Source of the DNA: a virus
Taxonomy: Duplodnaviria; Heunggongvirae; Uroviricota; Caudoviricetes; Demerecviridae
Length of the DNA: 64,000 bases
Virus record (IMG/VR): IMGVR_UViG_2974599810_000001
Location: 7,425-71,424 of that record
Direction: 5' to 3' (one strand)
Shown here: piece after piece, positions 34,922-45,857 of the stretch
How the letters are laid out: every line of letters begins with the position of its first letter
How positions within the stretch are numbered: position 1 is the first letter of the stretch
Notes under the pieces: generated by a model
Database searches by the model: none
Told to the model about the DNA's origin: nothing
What the model saw: the letters and a program-made list of their open reading frames with translations, nothing else
Made by a program: the position numbers and the translations under genes

Positions 34922-35304
34922 ATACATTTTTAAATTGTGAAACTAGTAAACCGATAAACAGCCTAGAGGCGCCACAGGCCATATCTTATGAGCCATGTAC
35001 CTTTGATCTAGGGTTTGAATCATCAACGAATACTTTGCATCTTTTAGCTTTAGAAGTTTAGAAGTTTGAGTTCTTTAAACTTTTCAGCTTTCATACTTAA
35101 ATGTTGATCTTTGAAGTTGTGTCGGTAATATCAACGACGCTTTGTTCTTACGTGTCAGCTTAAAAGGCTGGTGTAATAAACATAATCTCCAATAGATTAT
35201 ACTTTATAGTATGGTCAGCGGTCCTATTTAACCTCGTATTTCAACCGCTGCTGCGAGGTAAGATGCTTGGGCTTTCGTCTACCGATTTACTAGCTTTTAA
35301 ATTA

Positions 35305-35943
35305 TTACTCTACTTCAATGAAGGTAGAGGCGTTAGACTCGGACAGAACAAAGTCAACATTTGTTGCAAAGTCCTGGTATTCCTCGTCATGCTGCTTAAT
35401 CAGCTTTTCCAGTTCCAGCGGATCAATCAAGAATGGAGTATTCTTGAGTTCCAGCAGGTTGAGCTGCATTTTAACTTCATCTTCGGAAGTTTTCTTATCG
35501 CGGGTAGCCATGCTATCCTGCAAACGCTCATATTTAGCATCAAACTGTGCTTTCTGCGTATTAAACTTAACCGTAGCGGCATGGAACTGCTTACGCATGT
35601 TAGCCAGCAGTTGAGCTTTAAGCTCCATAGAACGCTTAGCTTCAATTGCTTCCGCAACAGTCATTTTACGAGAACCGATCTCAACTATTGTTTCTGCATT
35701 GCTCTTAATCAGAGCAGATTTGATACTATCACGCTTAGACATCATATCCAGTAGAGACTGGAAATCAGTCTTAATACGAGTAGACAGGGCATCTATTTCG
35801 ATTGCAGCGCCAACTACAACCTGGTTTTTATCCTTACCTTCACCAACAGCAATCAGGAGCTGTTGTTCAGTAGCTTTACGGATTTTAGCTTCCAGAGATT
35901 TGATAGTTGCCAGAGCGCGAGTTTTAGAAATACGAGTAGTCAT
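35305..35943 (-). CDS. coiled-coil hypothetical protein (212 aa)
   Basis: Long ORF, helical composition. Confidence 0.5.
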   Translation of the reverse strand: MTTRISKTRALATIKSLEAKIRKATEQQLLIAVGEGKDKNQVVVGAAIEIDALSTRIKTDFQSLLDMMSKRDSIKSALIKSNAETIVEIGSRKMTVAEAIEAKRSMELKAQLLANMRKQFHAATVKFNTQKAQFDAKYERLQDSMATRDKKTSEDEVKMQLNLLELKNTPFLIDPLELEKLIKQHDEEYQDFATNVDFVLSESNASTFIEVE

Positions 35944-35996
35944 TATTTGCTTCCTTATATGAAGTTTGAGATTTGAATTTGTTTAAATTTGGTCTA

Positions 35997-36179
35997 TTAC
36001 AGACCAATTGCCAGCAGAGTGCGCAGAACAGTATCGTTACTGTTATCAATTTTAGGATTAGCACGATTTAGCAGATCAAAGATTTTCTGGACACCTGATT
36101 GACGTTCAGCCATACGACGGATACCCAGATTACGAGTAGCTTTCTTACCATTTTTACGAACATTTTTAGATACTGGCAT
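35997..36179 (-). CDS. small basic protein (60 aa)
   Basis: ORF downstream of the promoter at 36220. Confidence 0.4.
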   Translation of the reverse strand: MPVSKNVRKNGKKATRNLGIRRMAERQSGVQKIFDLLNRANPKIDNSNDTVLRTLLAIGL

Positions 36180-36219
36180 ATTTGTTTTCCTTTTATTGTT
36201 TTCTCAAATTTATGAATAT

Positions 36220-36248
36220 ATTATACAGAATTTTGGGGCCGGAAGCAA
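36220..36248 (-). promoter_or_regulatory. conserved early promoter
   Basis: TTGCTT-17-TATAAT. Confidence 0.6.
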
Positions 36249-36249
36249 A

Positions 36250-36951
36250 TCAAATTTTCATTTTTTCGATCATAGCTGCAACACAATAGCTCTCAACTAA
36301 GGCATCGAATGCTGGGTCGTGCTTAACCGGATAGATCCCATAACGAATGGTGTCCATCTTCTCCATTTTAGCTTTTGCCCAGCTAACACCTTCAGCCTCT
36401 AGATCTTTGTAACTATAACCCGCTTGCATCCAGAGATTACGAAGAGATCGAACATTGCCCAAATTCCAGAATTTCCACGGAACTACTTCTCCATTGGTTC
36501 CAGCATGGAACGTGTTTGCAGAGTAGATAGTCATATCAAACTCTGGACCATTACCATAATACAAAGCATTTTCGCCTAGAGCCAACTCCATAATATTTTG
36601 AGCCATAGAGAAGGCAGCATAGTTTGAGCCTAATTTATTAGTGCAATGATGTTTACCATTTTGGAAGGCAATCAGTTTTGGATTACGTTCCCTCATAGCT
36701 TCCATAATGTGGATAGCAGACGGGCTATTTTTAGCTTGATCCATCCAGAATGCTAGAGTAGATGCTGTAACTTTGGCACCAGAATTAAGTTGATCTTGTA
36801 CATCCAAAGTAACAAATACTAGATCAGGGTCTTTATCAATTCCATGCATAGCCACAAAAGCGAATGAAGGCATTGCTATATGAGTAGTACCACAGTCTCC
36901 TGGAGTTCCTAGAGATTCAATATCTAGCATACCAAATGGTTTTACTTTCAT
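36250..36951 (-). CDS. DEDDh-type 3'-5' exonuclease (DnaQ-like)
   Basis: Exo I MLDIESLG and Exo III YPVKHDPAFDALV motifs. Confidence 0.55.
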   Translation of the reverse strand: MKVKPFGMLDIESLGTPGDCGTTHIAMPSFAFVAMHGIDKDPDLVFVTLDVQDQLNSGAKVTASTLAFWMDQAKNSPSAIHIMEAMRERNPKLIAFQNGKHHCTNKLGSNYAAFSMAQNIMELALGENALYYGNGPEFDMTIYSANTFHAGTNGEVVPWKFWNLGNVRSLRNLWMQAGYSYKDLEAEGVSWAKAKMEKMDTIRYGIYPVKHDPAFDALVESYCVAAMIEKMKI

Positions 36952-36979
36952 AACTTATCCTTTATTGTGTAGAAAACTA

Positions 36980-37216
36980 TTAAAGAGCTGTCTCTTTAAT
37001 AGACTCCCACTTCTTGGGGTCTTTAAAACCAGGAAGCATATCCTCACTGACATCCCAGTTTTCTTCTATAGAGAAGTCGGGCCATTCATTCCAGCTACCT
37101 TCTAGCTCTTCATAACAGGTGTCCATTACCTCATGACTAGAAAGTCGTGTATAATCTCTAGCGGACTTATGAGTGCTAGCACGGTTAAAATCATTCTTTG
37201 CTACAAAATTACGCAT
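36980..37216 (-). CDS. hypothetical acidic protein (78 aa)
   Basis: ORF. Confidence 0.4.
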   Translation of the reverse strand: MRNFVAKNDFNRASTHKSARDYTRLSSHEVMDTCYEELEGSWNEWPDFSIEENWDVSEDMLPGFKDPKKWESIKETAL

Positions 37217-37257
37217 AGTTTCTCCAAATAAGAGGGGCTTTCGCCCCTATTTATCTA

Positions 37258-37773
37258 TTACTTCGCTTTACGCTTGCGAGCTGGTTTAGCAGATTTACGA
37301 GCGGAATCACCCGTGAACTTAATGCCTACACCGTAACACAGAGCACGAACATTATCTTTACTATACTCTACGCCAAAGATATTTGGTTTAACAGAACCAA
37401 ACTGTCCACGAGTATCACGCAATACATCTGCTGTTGGTTTACGCTTCTGGTTAACTGCCTTCTCATAGTCTTTCATAGACATACCATTACGAGAGAACAA
37501 TTCAGCCCCAGCGTTGAAGCTCAGGGAAACTGAGACAGATTTGTGGCCGTAATTTTCTACATACATAACCATTTTGTAGGATTTACGGGTGGCATTTTTA
37601 GCTTTAGGCTTCTGACGAATAGGAGCCGGATTATTCAGTGCTTGCGCAGCCTGAGCATCGGTAGGATGCTTACGCAGGTGGCGTTCCAGACGAGCTTTGC
37701 GATTAGCCTCGGTCTGCGGGAAAGTTTTAACTGCCGGAGCTGCTTGAGTTTTTGCGTTTTTCTGCTTAGCCAT
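37258..37773 (-). CDS. basic hypothetical protein (171 aa; Lys/Ala-rich termini)
   Basis: ORF downstream of the promoter at 37812. Confidence 0.5.
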   Translation of the reverse strand: MAKQKNAKTQAAPAVKTFPQTEANRKARLERHLRKHPTDAQAAQALNNPAPIRQKPKAKNATRKSYKMVMYVENYGHKSVSVSLSFNAGAELFSRNGMSMKDYEKAVNQKRKPTADVLRDTRGQFGSVKPNIFGVEYSKDNVRALCYGVGIKFTGDSARKSAKPARKRKAK

Positions 37774-37811
37774 TATTTGTTTTCCTTTTTGTTTATCAAT
37801 TTATGAAGTAT

Positions 37812-37840
37812 ATTATACGAGAATTTGAAGCGTTTAGCAA
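37812..37840 (-). promoter_or_regulatory. conserved early promoter
   Basis: TTGCTA-17-TATAAT. Confidence 0.6.
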
Positions 37841-37856
37841 ATGAATTTTTTAAAAA

Positions 37857-38135
37857 TTATCTACCAACCATCTTAGCTTGTTCGGCATCTGAGACATATT
37901 GATACGCTCCTTTATTATACGCTGGAGCAGTACACATTTTCTTACGCTCAATCTCTTCTTGAGCTTTTCTTTCGCGTTCAGCTAATTCTTCGTCCAGATA
38001 AACTAAACGTTGTTCTGGAGGAGGTGGAAGTCGTGTCTCTGGCTCACCAATATTAGCCTTTCTTATTTGACGAGGTGATTGTGCACGTTTTCTCAATGGT
38101 TTAAATCCTAATGAATTTGAGTTATAGATCCGCAT
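37857..38135 (-). CDS. hypothetical protein (92 aa)
   Basis: ORF. Confidence 0.45.
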   Translation of the reverse strand: MRIYNSNSLGFKPLRKRAQSPRQIRKANIGEPETRLPPPPEQRLVYLDEELAERERKAQEEIERKKMCTAPAYNKGAYQYVSDAEQAKMVGR

Positions 38136-38160
38136 AAAGCCCTCCTCACTTTCAATACGA

Positions 38161-38189
38161 ATATTATACTAAATTAGAAGGCTTTAAGC
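38161..38189 (-). promoter_or_regulatory. conserved early promoter
   Basis: TTGCTT-17-TATAAT. Confidence 0.6.
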
Positions 38190-38212
38190 AAGAAAATTTT
38201 TTAATTTATTTA

Positions 38213-38689
38213 TCACATCTCGGCAAGTTCTTGCTCAGTAATAACTGTGTTACATAAGGCATCTACAGCTTCATTACCACTAATACCAGAATGTCCTTTA
38301 ACCTTAATAAAGGTAGGGTTAGTATTATGAAAGTTGATATACTGCTGTGTTAATTTAAATGCTTCCTGCCAAAGTTCTAGATTAAGAGGAACTTCACCAT
38401 CTGCTTTCTTCCAGCCTTTCCTTTGCCAAGAAAACATCCAACTTTCCATGCCATTTTTGCAATAAGCAGAGTCAGTATAGATAGCAATTGGTCTATTATC
38501 TTTTTTAACGGACCAACGTAGAGCTTCTACAATAGCTGTGAGTTCCATCTCATTATTTGTGGTTTTAGGATTATAACCAGATTTAGAGCCTAAACGATCG
38601 TCGTTATCATTATAGACAATAAAACCCCAAGCACCTGGACCTGGGTTAGACTTACAAGCACCATCTGTGTAAATGTGGAAAACCGACAT
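38213..38689 (-). CDS. rnh: ribonuclease H (RNase HI-like)
   Basis: HIYTDGAC, ELTAIVEAL, IYTDSAY motifs; start at MSVFH with GGGAGG RBS (TAATG coupling). Confidence 0.85.
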   Translation of the reverse strand: MSVFHIYTDGACKSNPGPGAWGFIVYNDNDDRLGSKSGYNPKTTNNEMELTAIVEALRWSVKKDNRPIAIYTDSAYCKNGMESWMFSWQRKGWKKADGEVPLNLELWQEAFKLTQQYINFHNTNPTFIKVKGHSGISGNEAVDALCNTVITEQELAEM

Positions 38690-38970
38690 TATACCTCCCA
38701 ACTAATTTTAAGACCCATGTCTACAAAGGCAGCTTCTCGGTAGTATTGAGAGATATGATACCCCTTATCCGATAAGGTTTTTAGTACCGATTTAGCTGCC
38801 CCTGGCATTTCTCTAGGATTATATAGCCACCTAGCGTAAGGATTATCTCGAATAATTACTTCTGTATTTCCAGACTTAGCAGCTTCTACAATCTTTTCTT
38901 CTATAAACTTTAGAAATGCTGGTACTTCTGTTAATCCTGCAAGTTCTTGAGCTTCTTTGGCTGAAATCAT
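38689..38970 (-). CDS. hypothetical protein (93 aa)
   Basis: ORF downstream of the promoter at 38996. Confidence 0.5.
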   Translation of the reverse strand: MISAKEAQELAGLTEVPAFLKFIEEKIVEAAKSGNTEVIIRDNPYARWLYNPREMPGAAKSVLKTLSDKGYHISQYYREAAFVDMGLKISWEV

Positions 38971-38995
38971 TATATACCTCCAATTTATAAAATAT

Positions 38996-39024
38996 ATTAT
39001 ATTTAAATCTCACTAAATAAGCAA
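38996..39024 (-). promoter_or_regulatory. conserved early promoter
   Basis: TTGCTT-17-TATAAT. Confidence 0.6.
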
Positions 39025-39063
39025 ATGAAATTTAAATATAATAGCCCCGAAGGGCTATTTGAG

Positions 39064-39417
39064 TTAAATTATAATTAAGATTATGAGAGCATAGGTTAAG
39101 TAATGGAGTAACTGATCAAATCCTAAAGCTATCCAAAACCTGGAATCACTTATATCGTATTTACAGCATTGTGCTTTCCAGTAATCTATGATAAAGTGTA
39201 GAATTAATTCCATTATAGCTAAAGTTATAGCCATTCCTAGTGATGTGAACATAGTAAGAATTATAAAGGTTAGTCCAGCATGTACTAGAGAATGGGTTAG
39301 TAATGGAAGTTTCCATCCTATTTTGTTGGTCTTCCTTAACATGTATGGAGTTTGGAGGGGATAATCAGCCATAAAATGTTTCAAGAAGAATATAACAAAT
39401 AATAATATTGTCAACAT
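39064..39417 (-). CDS. membrane protein (117 aa)
   Basis: Hydrophobic helices. Confidence 0.5.
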   Translation of the reverse strand: MLTILLFVIFFLKHFMADYPLQTPYMLRKTNKIGWKLPLLTHSLVHAGLTFIILTMFTSLGMAITLAIMELILHFIIDYWKAQCCKYDISDSRFWIALGFDQLLHYLTYALIILIII

Positions 39418-39420
39418 ATA

Positions 39421-40275
39421 TTATACCGTAAAGGGATATGCAATAGCAGGGTGGTGTTCGTAACCACGAACAGTAAAATCATCCTTACTTACCCAGGTCA
39501 ATACATCCTCTAGAGTTCGGATATTTGGATTGATTTCTAGAGTAGGATGTGCAAAAGGTTTACGATCGAATTGCTTATGCTCCATCAAAACATTATACTG
39601 ATCCTCATAGATATGAAGATTGATAATCTTCTGGCGTGCAATTCCAGGTTTAAGGCCTGTAATCTGTGCCATTAATGCTAGAAGCGTATAGCACTGAACC
39701 ATGTTAAATACTTGGCCTAACAGGAAGTCATTAGATCTCTGGAAAGAGTTCAGGTATAACGTATCTCCCAAAATAGAGAACTGATGAGTGTGCATACATG
39801 GACGTAAGCAACCCTTTGAGAACTCTCCCGGATTCCAGAATGTTAGAATTTCCCCACGATCATCAATGCCCTTCTTCAGGTTATGATAAATCTTGGCTAG
39901 TTGGTCAAACATAAGACCATCGGAATTAGTCCACTGACGTCCTTGAACACCATAGACTCGTCCCATATCATCCTCACCTTTACGGTATGGATTGTCTAGC
40001 CAAGCTAAGTTTTCATTTGCATTAGCATTCCATGTGTTAACACCAATAGCGCGGAATTGTGCTGCTGAGTCATACCCACGTAGATACCCAATCATTTCCA
40101 TTATTGCTTGTTTTGCAAACGCCTTACGGGTAGTAATAAGGGGAAATTCACCTGCACCTACGTTAAAAGTAAAATCTGCATCAATAATAGTTAGGCAACG
40201 AACCCCTGTTCTAGGATTCGTTACCCACTGACCTTCTGATAGAATACGTTTTCCAACTTCGATATACTGATCCAT
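39421..40275 (-). CDS. thyA: thymidylate synthase
   Basis: [10 protein letters not shown] (catalytic Cys) and [18 protein letters not shown] motifs. Confidence 0.9.
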   Translation of the reverse strand: MDQYIEVGKRILSEGQWVTNPRTGVRCLTIIDADFTFNVGAGEFPLITTRKAFAKQAIMEMIGYLRGYDSAAQFRAIGVNTWNANANENLAWLDNPYRKGEDDMGRVYGVQGRQWTNSDGLMFDQLAKIYHNLKKGIDDRGEILTFWNPGEFSKGCLRPCMHTHQFSILGDTLYLNSFQRSNDFLLGQVFNMVQCYTLLALMAQITGLKPGIARQKIINLHIYEDQYNVLMEHKQFDRKPFAHPTLEINPNIRTLEDVLTWVSKDDFTVRGYEHHPAIAYPFTV

Positions 40276-40808
40276 TAATAAGTAACCAATTCCTGTACAA
40301 ATCGCAGGCTGTTATCACTGTTTGCGCCGGTTGCGTAAACTAAACGAGTAGATTCATAGTTGTAATCTAGAATCATATTATCCAGATGTACATCTGCCTC
40401 TAGTTTTTGATTACTAAAGATTGTTGATACAAAAGCACTTTCAATATGTCCATGAATATACATTTCGTACAGTAATGTTGCGCCACCTAAAACCACTGTC
40501 TGTTGATCTTTTAAGAATGTAGGTAATGTATCCCCAATCTTAGAAATTGGAGTGTAAATACTATGTTTAATATCATCAGGCAGAGGACGATCCGCACGAA
40601 TAAAGAGGTCAGATTCTCCAATCATACGTTGCCGAACAACTTCTGGAAGTGCTAAATAAGTACCCGCACCAATGATGATGTTATCTGGATTCAACACGTC
40701 CAGTTGAGAGTAGAAAGCATCTAGTTCTTCTTTGAAGGAACCCCATGGAAGTTTACCTCGGAGGCCGAACTCCCCGTTCGGCCCAACTGCATATATTGCT
40801 GTAATCAT
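40275..40808 (-). CDS. folA: dihydrofolate reductase
   Basis: [23 protein letters not shown]-terminal DHFR signature; ATGA coupling to thyA. Confidence 0.85.
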   Translation of the reverse strand: MITAIYAVGPNGEFGLRGKLPWGSFKEELDAFYSQLDVLNPDNIIIGAGTYLALPEVVRQRMIGESDLFIRADRPLPDDIKHSIYTPISKIGDTLPTFLKDQQTVVLGGATLLYEMYIHGHIESAFVSTIFSNQKLEADVHLDNMILDYNYESTRLVYATGANSDNSLRFVQELVTY

Positions 40809-41950
40809 AAGAAATCTCCAAATTCATTACCCAGATCTTTCAGAGTATCCGTAGAGGTCTCAGTTACCTGACCTACACGGTAGGCTGCACCAATCTGGAT
40901 TTCTTGTGGAGCAGGCTGTAAAGAAGTGGTATCCAACCAGTTCATGATCCACGGAATAGGGTTTTTGGTGATTACTGGTAAATGACTAGGCCATTCTACA
41001 CCAATGTGCATAAACGCATTACGTCCCACAAAGTACAAATACTCTTCTAGAAGTTCTGCATTCAGGCCAATCAGACTACGACCTTTGAAAATGAAGTGAC
41101 CCCATTCAATTTCAGTTTTCAGAGTTTTCAGGAGCTGTGCTGGTGCTTTAGCCACTGCTTCATCCACCAGGTCTTTGTCAAACTGCTGGAACATAATCTG
41201 GATGATTGCTTTGGACATCTGAGTGTGCAGAGCTTCATCTTTAGCGATTAATTGCAGATTTTTAGCAATACCTTGCAGAATATCGTTCTCTGCTAATGCA
41301 AAGGTACATGCAAAGGATGCGTAAAACTGCATTGCTTCCAGACCATAGATCGCAAAGTAAGCGTCTAATAACTTAGCCTGAGTTTCACGTTTAACTTCAG
41401 GGAACTCAGTTTCTGGGTATGTATTGTCGCCACGATGATCGCGTACTGCAATGAAATACTGACCTAACTGGTACAGTTCATCGAATAGTTCAACAGAATC
41501 AGCGATGCGTGCGAATGCTTCTTGGTTTTTGGTTACAGAATCAATAAATTCTGCTGGATCAGTTAACACATTACGAATAATATTGCTATAAGCACGACTA
41601 TGCAGATCTTCAAAATAGCTCCACTGCTTGAGCATACCTTCCAATTCTGGACGACTTACAAGCGGCATAATAGCTGCTTCAGGAGCACGACTGATAAAGG
41701 AATCAGTTTGAGTCTGCCATGCTAAGTTCAGGAGTGTAATTTCCTGAATTTCACGCGGGAGATTAGGCCATTGTTTCTTATCTGCTTCCAGACTGATTTC
41801 AGTTTCAGTCCAAAATTGAGAGCGTTGCAGAAGTGCCAGACGTTCTAGTTCTGGATGTGCTACACGTACATAATCTGCGATACCGAGAGAATCTCCCAGG
41901 AAAAGGTCAGCGTTAGTATGATCCCAATTCAGGTTTAGTAAAGTAGTCAT
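40805..41950 (-). CDS. nrdB: ribonucleotide reductase class Ia small subunit
   Basis: Ferritin-like di-iron motifs (..DEALHT.., EAMQFYASFA..); adjacent to nrdA. Confidence 0.9.
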   Translation of the reverse strand: MTTLLNLNWDHTNADLFLGDSLGIADYVRVAHPELERLALLQRSQFWTETEISLEADKKQWPNLPREIQEITLLNLAWQTQTDSFISRAPEAAIMPLVSRPELEGMLKQWSYFEDLHSRAYSNIIRNVLTDPAEFIDSVTKNQEAFARIADSVELFDELYQLGQYFIAVRDHRGDNTYPETEFPEVKRETQAKLLDAYFAIYGLEAMQFYASFACTFALAENDILQGIAKNLQLIAKDEALHTQMSKAIIQIMFQQFDKDLVDEAVAKAPAQLLKTLKTEIEWGHFIFKGRSLIGLNAELLEEYLYFVGRNAFMHIGVEWPSHLPVITKNPIPWIMNWLDTTSLQPAPQEIQIGAAYRVGQVTETSTDTLKDLGNEFGDFL

Positions 41951-41981
41951 TGATTTTCCTCTTTCTCACTATTTCAGGAAT

Positions 41982-42010
41982 ATTATAGCAAATCTGGTAG
42001 CGATTAGCAA
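41982..42010 (-). promoter_or_regulatory. conserved early promoter upstream of nrdB
   Basis: TTGCTA-17-TATAAT. Confidence 0.6.
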
Positions 42011-42056
42011 GTAAAATTTCAAAGAAAAAGGAGACCCGAAGATCTCCTTGTTTTTA

Positions 42057-44387
42057 TTAAATAGTACAACCACCGGATGCACAACCGGCTGCTTCTTCTC
42101 CAGCACCTCCACCATTTGCGGTATTGAAGTTAGCATAGTAGAAAGTTTTCCACCCATACTTAACAGCAGTCATGAAATCACGAACTACTACTGGGCCAGG
42201 AATGATTTCATTCTCAAACTTGGTGTAGTCATAGTACATATTCGTACTGATAGACTGACTGAAGAATTTCTGCATAGTTGCTACCCATTTGATCCACTCG
42301 ATACGATCTACGTCATAAGCCAGTTTATAGCTCATTAACGTTTCCCAATCGGTTGCACCTGGAGCAATTGCAATTACTTTATTTACTGCACTACCCTTGA
42401 TAGATACAATCTTACGAGGTGGTTCGATAGAGTTAGTAACACCTAATAGAACAGAAGAACTTTCTCCTGGCATCTGAGCAGTCAGAACAGAGTTACGCAT
42501 ACCATATTTCAGAATATCCGCACGCAGAGACTCCCAATCCATTTCTAGACCTACGGATACCAGTTCATCAACAGTTTTCTTGTACGTATCGATTACTAGA
42601 ATTCCTTTAGATGGTTTAGTATGATCAAACCACTCACATGCACCCTGTTCCTTAGCCAGGCGTACAGAGGCTTTATGCAGGAAGTAAGACAGTTTTTCAG
42701 CCTCACGGTGAATCCAGTTACGGGCTTCAATACCTTCGTAAGCCAGACCTTCTGCTGCCATTGCACCTGCTGCATTCATCAGGCCAATACCAACATTACG
42801 ACGTTTCTTAGCCGTATATTCCATAGTTGGGAACGGATAATCCTGAATTTCAATAATTGTATCAACGAATTTCAGGAGGATGTAGCAAGTTTTTTCCCAC
42901 TCAGCCAGAGATTCCATGCGCCCAAGTACAACACCACCTAAGTTACACAGAGATACTTCACCAATATCCTCCGGCTTCATTTGATCAAGCTGCTCTTTTG
43001 TCTTGTACAGCTCTGTAATGTGATGGAACGGGCGTGTAGGCTGAGTAATTTCAACACAAAGGTTTGTCATACGGATCGGATCAAGGAAGTTACCGTGACG
43101 ATTAGATTCCCCGATGTGATGAGCATACATACGTCCTGTTTCCATTCGGATACGTAGCCAAGTATCTAGGATTTCTTTTGCAGAGACTTTAGGAGCTGCT
43201 GGAACTGTTTTTCCTTCGTGGTCGATCTTTGTAAGAGATGCCACACGTTTCTCCGCTGCCACGTAGATTTCTTCAAATTTAGCCTCGTCATCACTATAAA
43301 ACGCTTCATGAACTTCTGGAGCATAGAAGTATGACATTAGCGTAATATCTTCGTTTTTAAGATAACGTTTTAACAAAAGATTGTTAAAGCTCAGAGAATA
43401 ATCCATCTTATCGATTTTATTCTCATCTGTAGCACGTTGCTGCTTAACCTGCATCAATTGAATGATTTCAGGGTCGAAGTATGGATAAGACACTGTGGCA
43501 GAACCACCACGAGTTTGCTGAGTATTGGCCTTTACTGAGCGGTCAATGTGTCGATAATATGGCAGTTTTCCGGAATGCGGGAATGCCCCATTTCGCACCG
43601 GATCAGCAATTGATCGACTTTCAAGATGATACCCGATTCCCGCTCTGGCTGCGACCATTTTGAAGACGATGTGCTCGGCGGTGTCGATTGAATCCAACGT
43701 GTCAGTGGAATCCACGAGGCAGCAACTAGCAAATCCACGGTCACTAGAGCGCAGACCAACCAGTGGCGGCGTAGGAACGTTAATTTTGTGGAGTGACATT
43801 GCGTTGTAGAGGTCGATTGCATCTAGAATTGTCCAGTTAGGTTGAGATAGCATCGCCATTGCCATACCCATGTAGGCAAACTGCGGAGTTTCATAAACTT
43901 CACCAGTGGCTATGTTGCGACGAGAATACTTATCAAAGAACTGCTTCAGTCCACCACTAGTAAAAAGACGGTCACGATCATGGTCGATAACCTGATTCAG
44001 AGCTTCAAATTGCTCATCGGTAATCCATGCACTCATGTCTTCCCATGCACCTACGCTAACCATGTGATCATGGAAGAAGCGTAGAGAAGGTGGTTCGAAA
44101 GAATCATAAAGGCGTTTACGCATTTGCGCAAGACGTAATTCCTTTGCTGGCACATCATATGCTGGATTATCTTTAATAAGACTTTCAGCAGCTTTAATTA
44201 ATGCATCCATCAGAGTGTCGGAATCTACAACCCCTTTAGGCAGAGTTTTTTGAGCAGCCATAGTAATGGCTGACCAACTTACATCAACTGTTTTGCAACC
44301 ATACTCTGCCCAACCATTGATTTTTTCAGGAGCAAAGTCTTCTACAGTACCGTCACGTTTAATTACTTTTTCAATGCGATGGCTCAT
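42057..44387 (-). CDS. nrdA: ribonucleotide reductase class Ia large subunit
   Basis: ATP-cone at MSHRIEKVIKRDG (start with AAGGAAAG RBS), NLCVEI active-site motif; the listed ORF extends 35 aa further upstream. Confidence 0.9.
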   Translation of the reverse strand: MSHRIEKVIKRDGTVEDFAPEKINGWAEYGCKTVDVSWSAITMAAQKTLPKGVVDSDTLMDALIKAAESLIKDNPAYDVPAKELRLAQMRKRLYDSFEPPSLRFFHDHMVSVGAWEDMSAWITDEQFEALNQVIDHDRDRLFTSGGLKQFFDKYSRRNIATGEVYETPQFAYMGMAMAMLSQPNWTILDAIDLYNAMSLHKINVPTPPLVGLRSSDRGFASCCLVDSTDTLDSIDTAEHIVFKMVAARAGIGYHLESRSIADPVRNGAFPHSGKLPYYRHIDRSVKANTQQTRGGSATVSYPYFDPEIIQLMQVKQQRATDENKIDKMDYSLSFNNLLLKRYLKNEDITLMSYFYAPEVHEAFYSDDEAKFEEIYVAAEKRVASLTKIDHEGKTVPAAPKVSAKEILDTWLRIRMETGRMYAHHIGESNRHGNFLDPIRMTNLCVEITQPTRPFHHITELYKTKEQLDQMKPEDIGEVSLCNLGGVVLGRMESLAEWEKTCYILLKFVDTIIEIQDYPFPTMEYTAKKRRNVGIGLMNAAGAMAAEGLAYEGIEARNWIHREAEKLSYFLHKASVRLAKEQGACEWFDHTKPSKGILVIDTYKKTVDELVSVGLEMDWESLRADILKYGMRNSVLTAQMPGESSSVLLGVTNSIEPPRKIVSIKGSAVNKVIAIAPGATDWETLMSYKLAYDVDRIEWIKWVATMQKFFSQSISTNMYYDYTKFENEIIPGPVVVRDFMTAVKYGWKTFYYANFNTANGGGAGEEAAGCASGGCTI

Positions 44388-44508
44388 TTGGCTTTCCTTT
44401 TTATAGTTATCAGGATTTAAGGAATATTCTACTTTATTATCGGTCATTAGGCAAATAAAATTTTCTGATAGAAAAGGCCCGAGTATTTTCATACCCAGGC
44501 CCTGTATA

Positions 44509-44751
44509 TTACCAGTCTAGCTTTTTAGCTTGTTCAATTACTTTAGCTCTAGCTGCCTCTTTTAATAGAATATCTATGGAGGTGCTCAACTCGTTATAAT
44601 TGAATGGTTTATTTGGATTTGAGGTTACAATTTTCCACGCTAGGGTTGTCTTAGGACTTTCTTCCCCTTCCTTACGTGTAATCATATTAGCAGCACTCAG
44701 TGAAGTACGATGTATTTTAGTTTTACGGCTCAGATGAACGACGTTTCCCAT
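44509..44751 (-). CDS. hypothetical basic protein (about 80 aa; start MGNVVHL)
   Basis: Internal Met with GGGGAAGGTG RBS; TAATG coupling to phoH stop. Confidence 0.4.
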   Translation of the reverse strand: MGNVVHLSRKTKIHRTSLSAANMITRKEGEESPKTTLAWKIVTSNPNKPFNYNELSTSIDILLKEAARAKVIEQAKKLDW

Positions 44752-44752
44752 A

Positions 44753-45505
44753 TTACACCTTCCCCATGTCTTTAAAAATATCATAGAATGCTTTAGACTC
44801 AACAGAACGAACGTTATCAATCAATTCGATCATTGAGAATGGGGCATTTTCGTATTTTTCATAGACTTCCATAAGGAGTGCTAGACCTGAGTCACCTTTA
44901 ATGTCTTTCTGAGCTATATCTCCGCAGATAATTAAACGGCAGTCTTGTCCTACACGAGTTAGGAGACAAATCATTGCCTCAACGGAAATATTCTGAGCTT
45001 CATCGACAATTACATAGGAGTTGTTGAAAGTTCTGCCACGAGCATGTTCGACAGCCAAAAATTTAATTTTTTGACGTTCGACATATCCTTTATACGCATG
45101 ATCGCCGATGGCCCATTTCATACCATCAGCTATTGGCTCCAACCAAGGCTCTAGCTTTTCCGCTAGATCACCAGGAAGCATACCAAGAGACTTACCTAGA
45201 GGTTCATTAGGACGTACGAGGATCACTTGCTCAATATCTGAGTGAATGTCTACGAGTTCCTGAGCTGCAAGAACGGACGGAATAAAGGTTTTACCAGTAC
45301 CTGGCTCACCGATACCCACAGTCACTGTGTTGTTCTTGATCATATTGATATATGATTTTTGCTCGCGGTTTTTACCTACTAGGGATTTAGCAACTGGGTT
45401 AGCGTAATCAGTAGAAAAATCAGCCTGAATTACGTTGTTCTCATATTTGTTGCCACGCTTTCTTGAACCATTGCGGTTCTCTCTTTTTTGACGTGCTTTT
45501 CCCAT
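44753..45505 (-). CDS. phoH: PhoH-like ATPase
   Basis: Walker A GIGEPGTGKTF; Walker B VIVDEAQN; start at M4 with GGAG RBS. Confidence 0.85.
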   Translation of the reverse strand: MGKARQKRENRNGSRKRGNKYENNVIQADFSTDYANPVAKSLVGKNREQKSYINMIKNNTVTVGIGEPGTGKTFIPSVLAAQELVDIHSDIEQVILVRPNEPLGKSLGMLPGDLAEKLEPWLEPIADGMKWAIGDHAYKGYVERQKIKFLAVEHARGRTFNNSYVIVDEAQNISVEAMICLLTRVGQDCRLIICGDIAQKDIKGDSGLALLMEVYEKYENAPFSMIELIDNVRSVESKAFYDIFKDMGKV

Positions 45506-45578
45506 AAATAACACTCCTATAGTGTACTTCGCTAACAGAGGATCAACAAAAAGATCTTGTTTATCAACTTACAAATAT

Positions 45579-45607
45579 ATTATACCAATATATACAGTAA
45601 AAAGCAA
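45579..45607 (-). promoter_or_regulatory. conserved early promoter upstream of phoH
   Basis: TTGCTT-17-TATAAT. Confidence 0.6.
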
Positions 45608-45798
45608 CTACAATTTTAAATAAGCCTATGATATTGCATTTAAATAAAAAATTTGCTTGCTTTTAACGTGAGATGTGTGATACTAGATAATCATTTTATA
45701 TCGCGTGCACGAGTGCGTGATTATACAATTTTTAATAGAAATTGGCAAATAAAATTTTTTGACTCAGATCATGTTACAGAACCTTATAGTAAAATATT

Positions 45799-45827
45799 GT
45801 TGACATCCGCCCTCGAATGAGTTATAA
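45799..45827 (+). promoter_or_regulatory. consensus sigma70 promoter (TTGACA-17-TATAAT) upstream of nrdD; further promoter-like sites at about 45655 and 45745
   Basis: Perfect hexamers seen. Confidence 0.7.
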
Positions 45828-45857
45828 TAGTAGTCTTAGTTAGAGAAGGAGAGTATA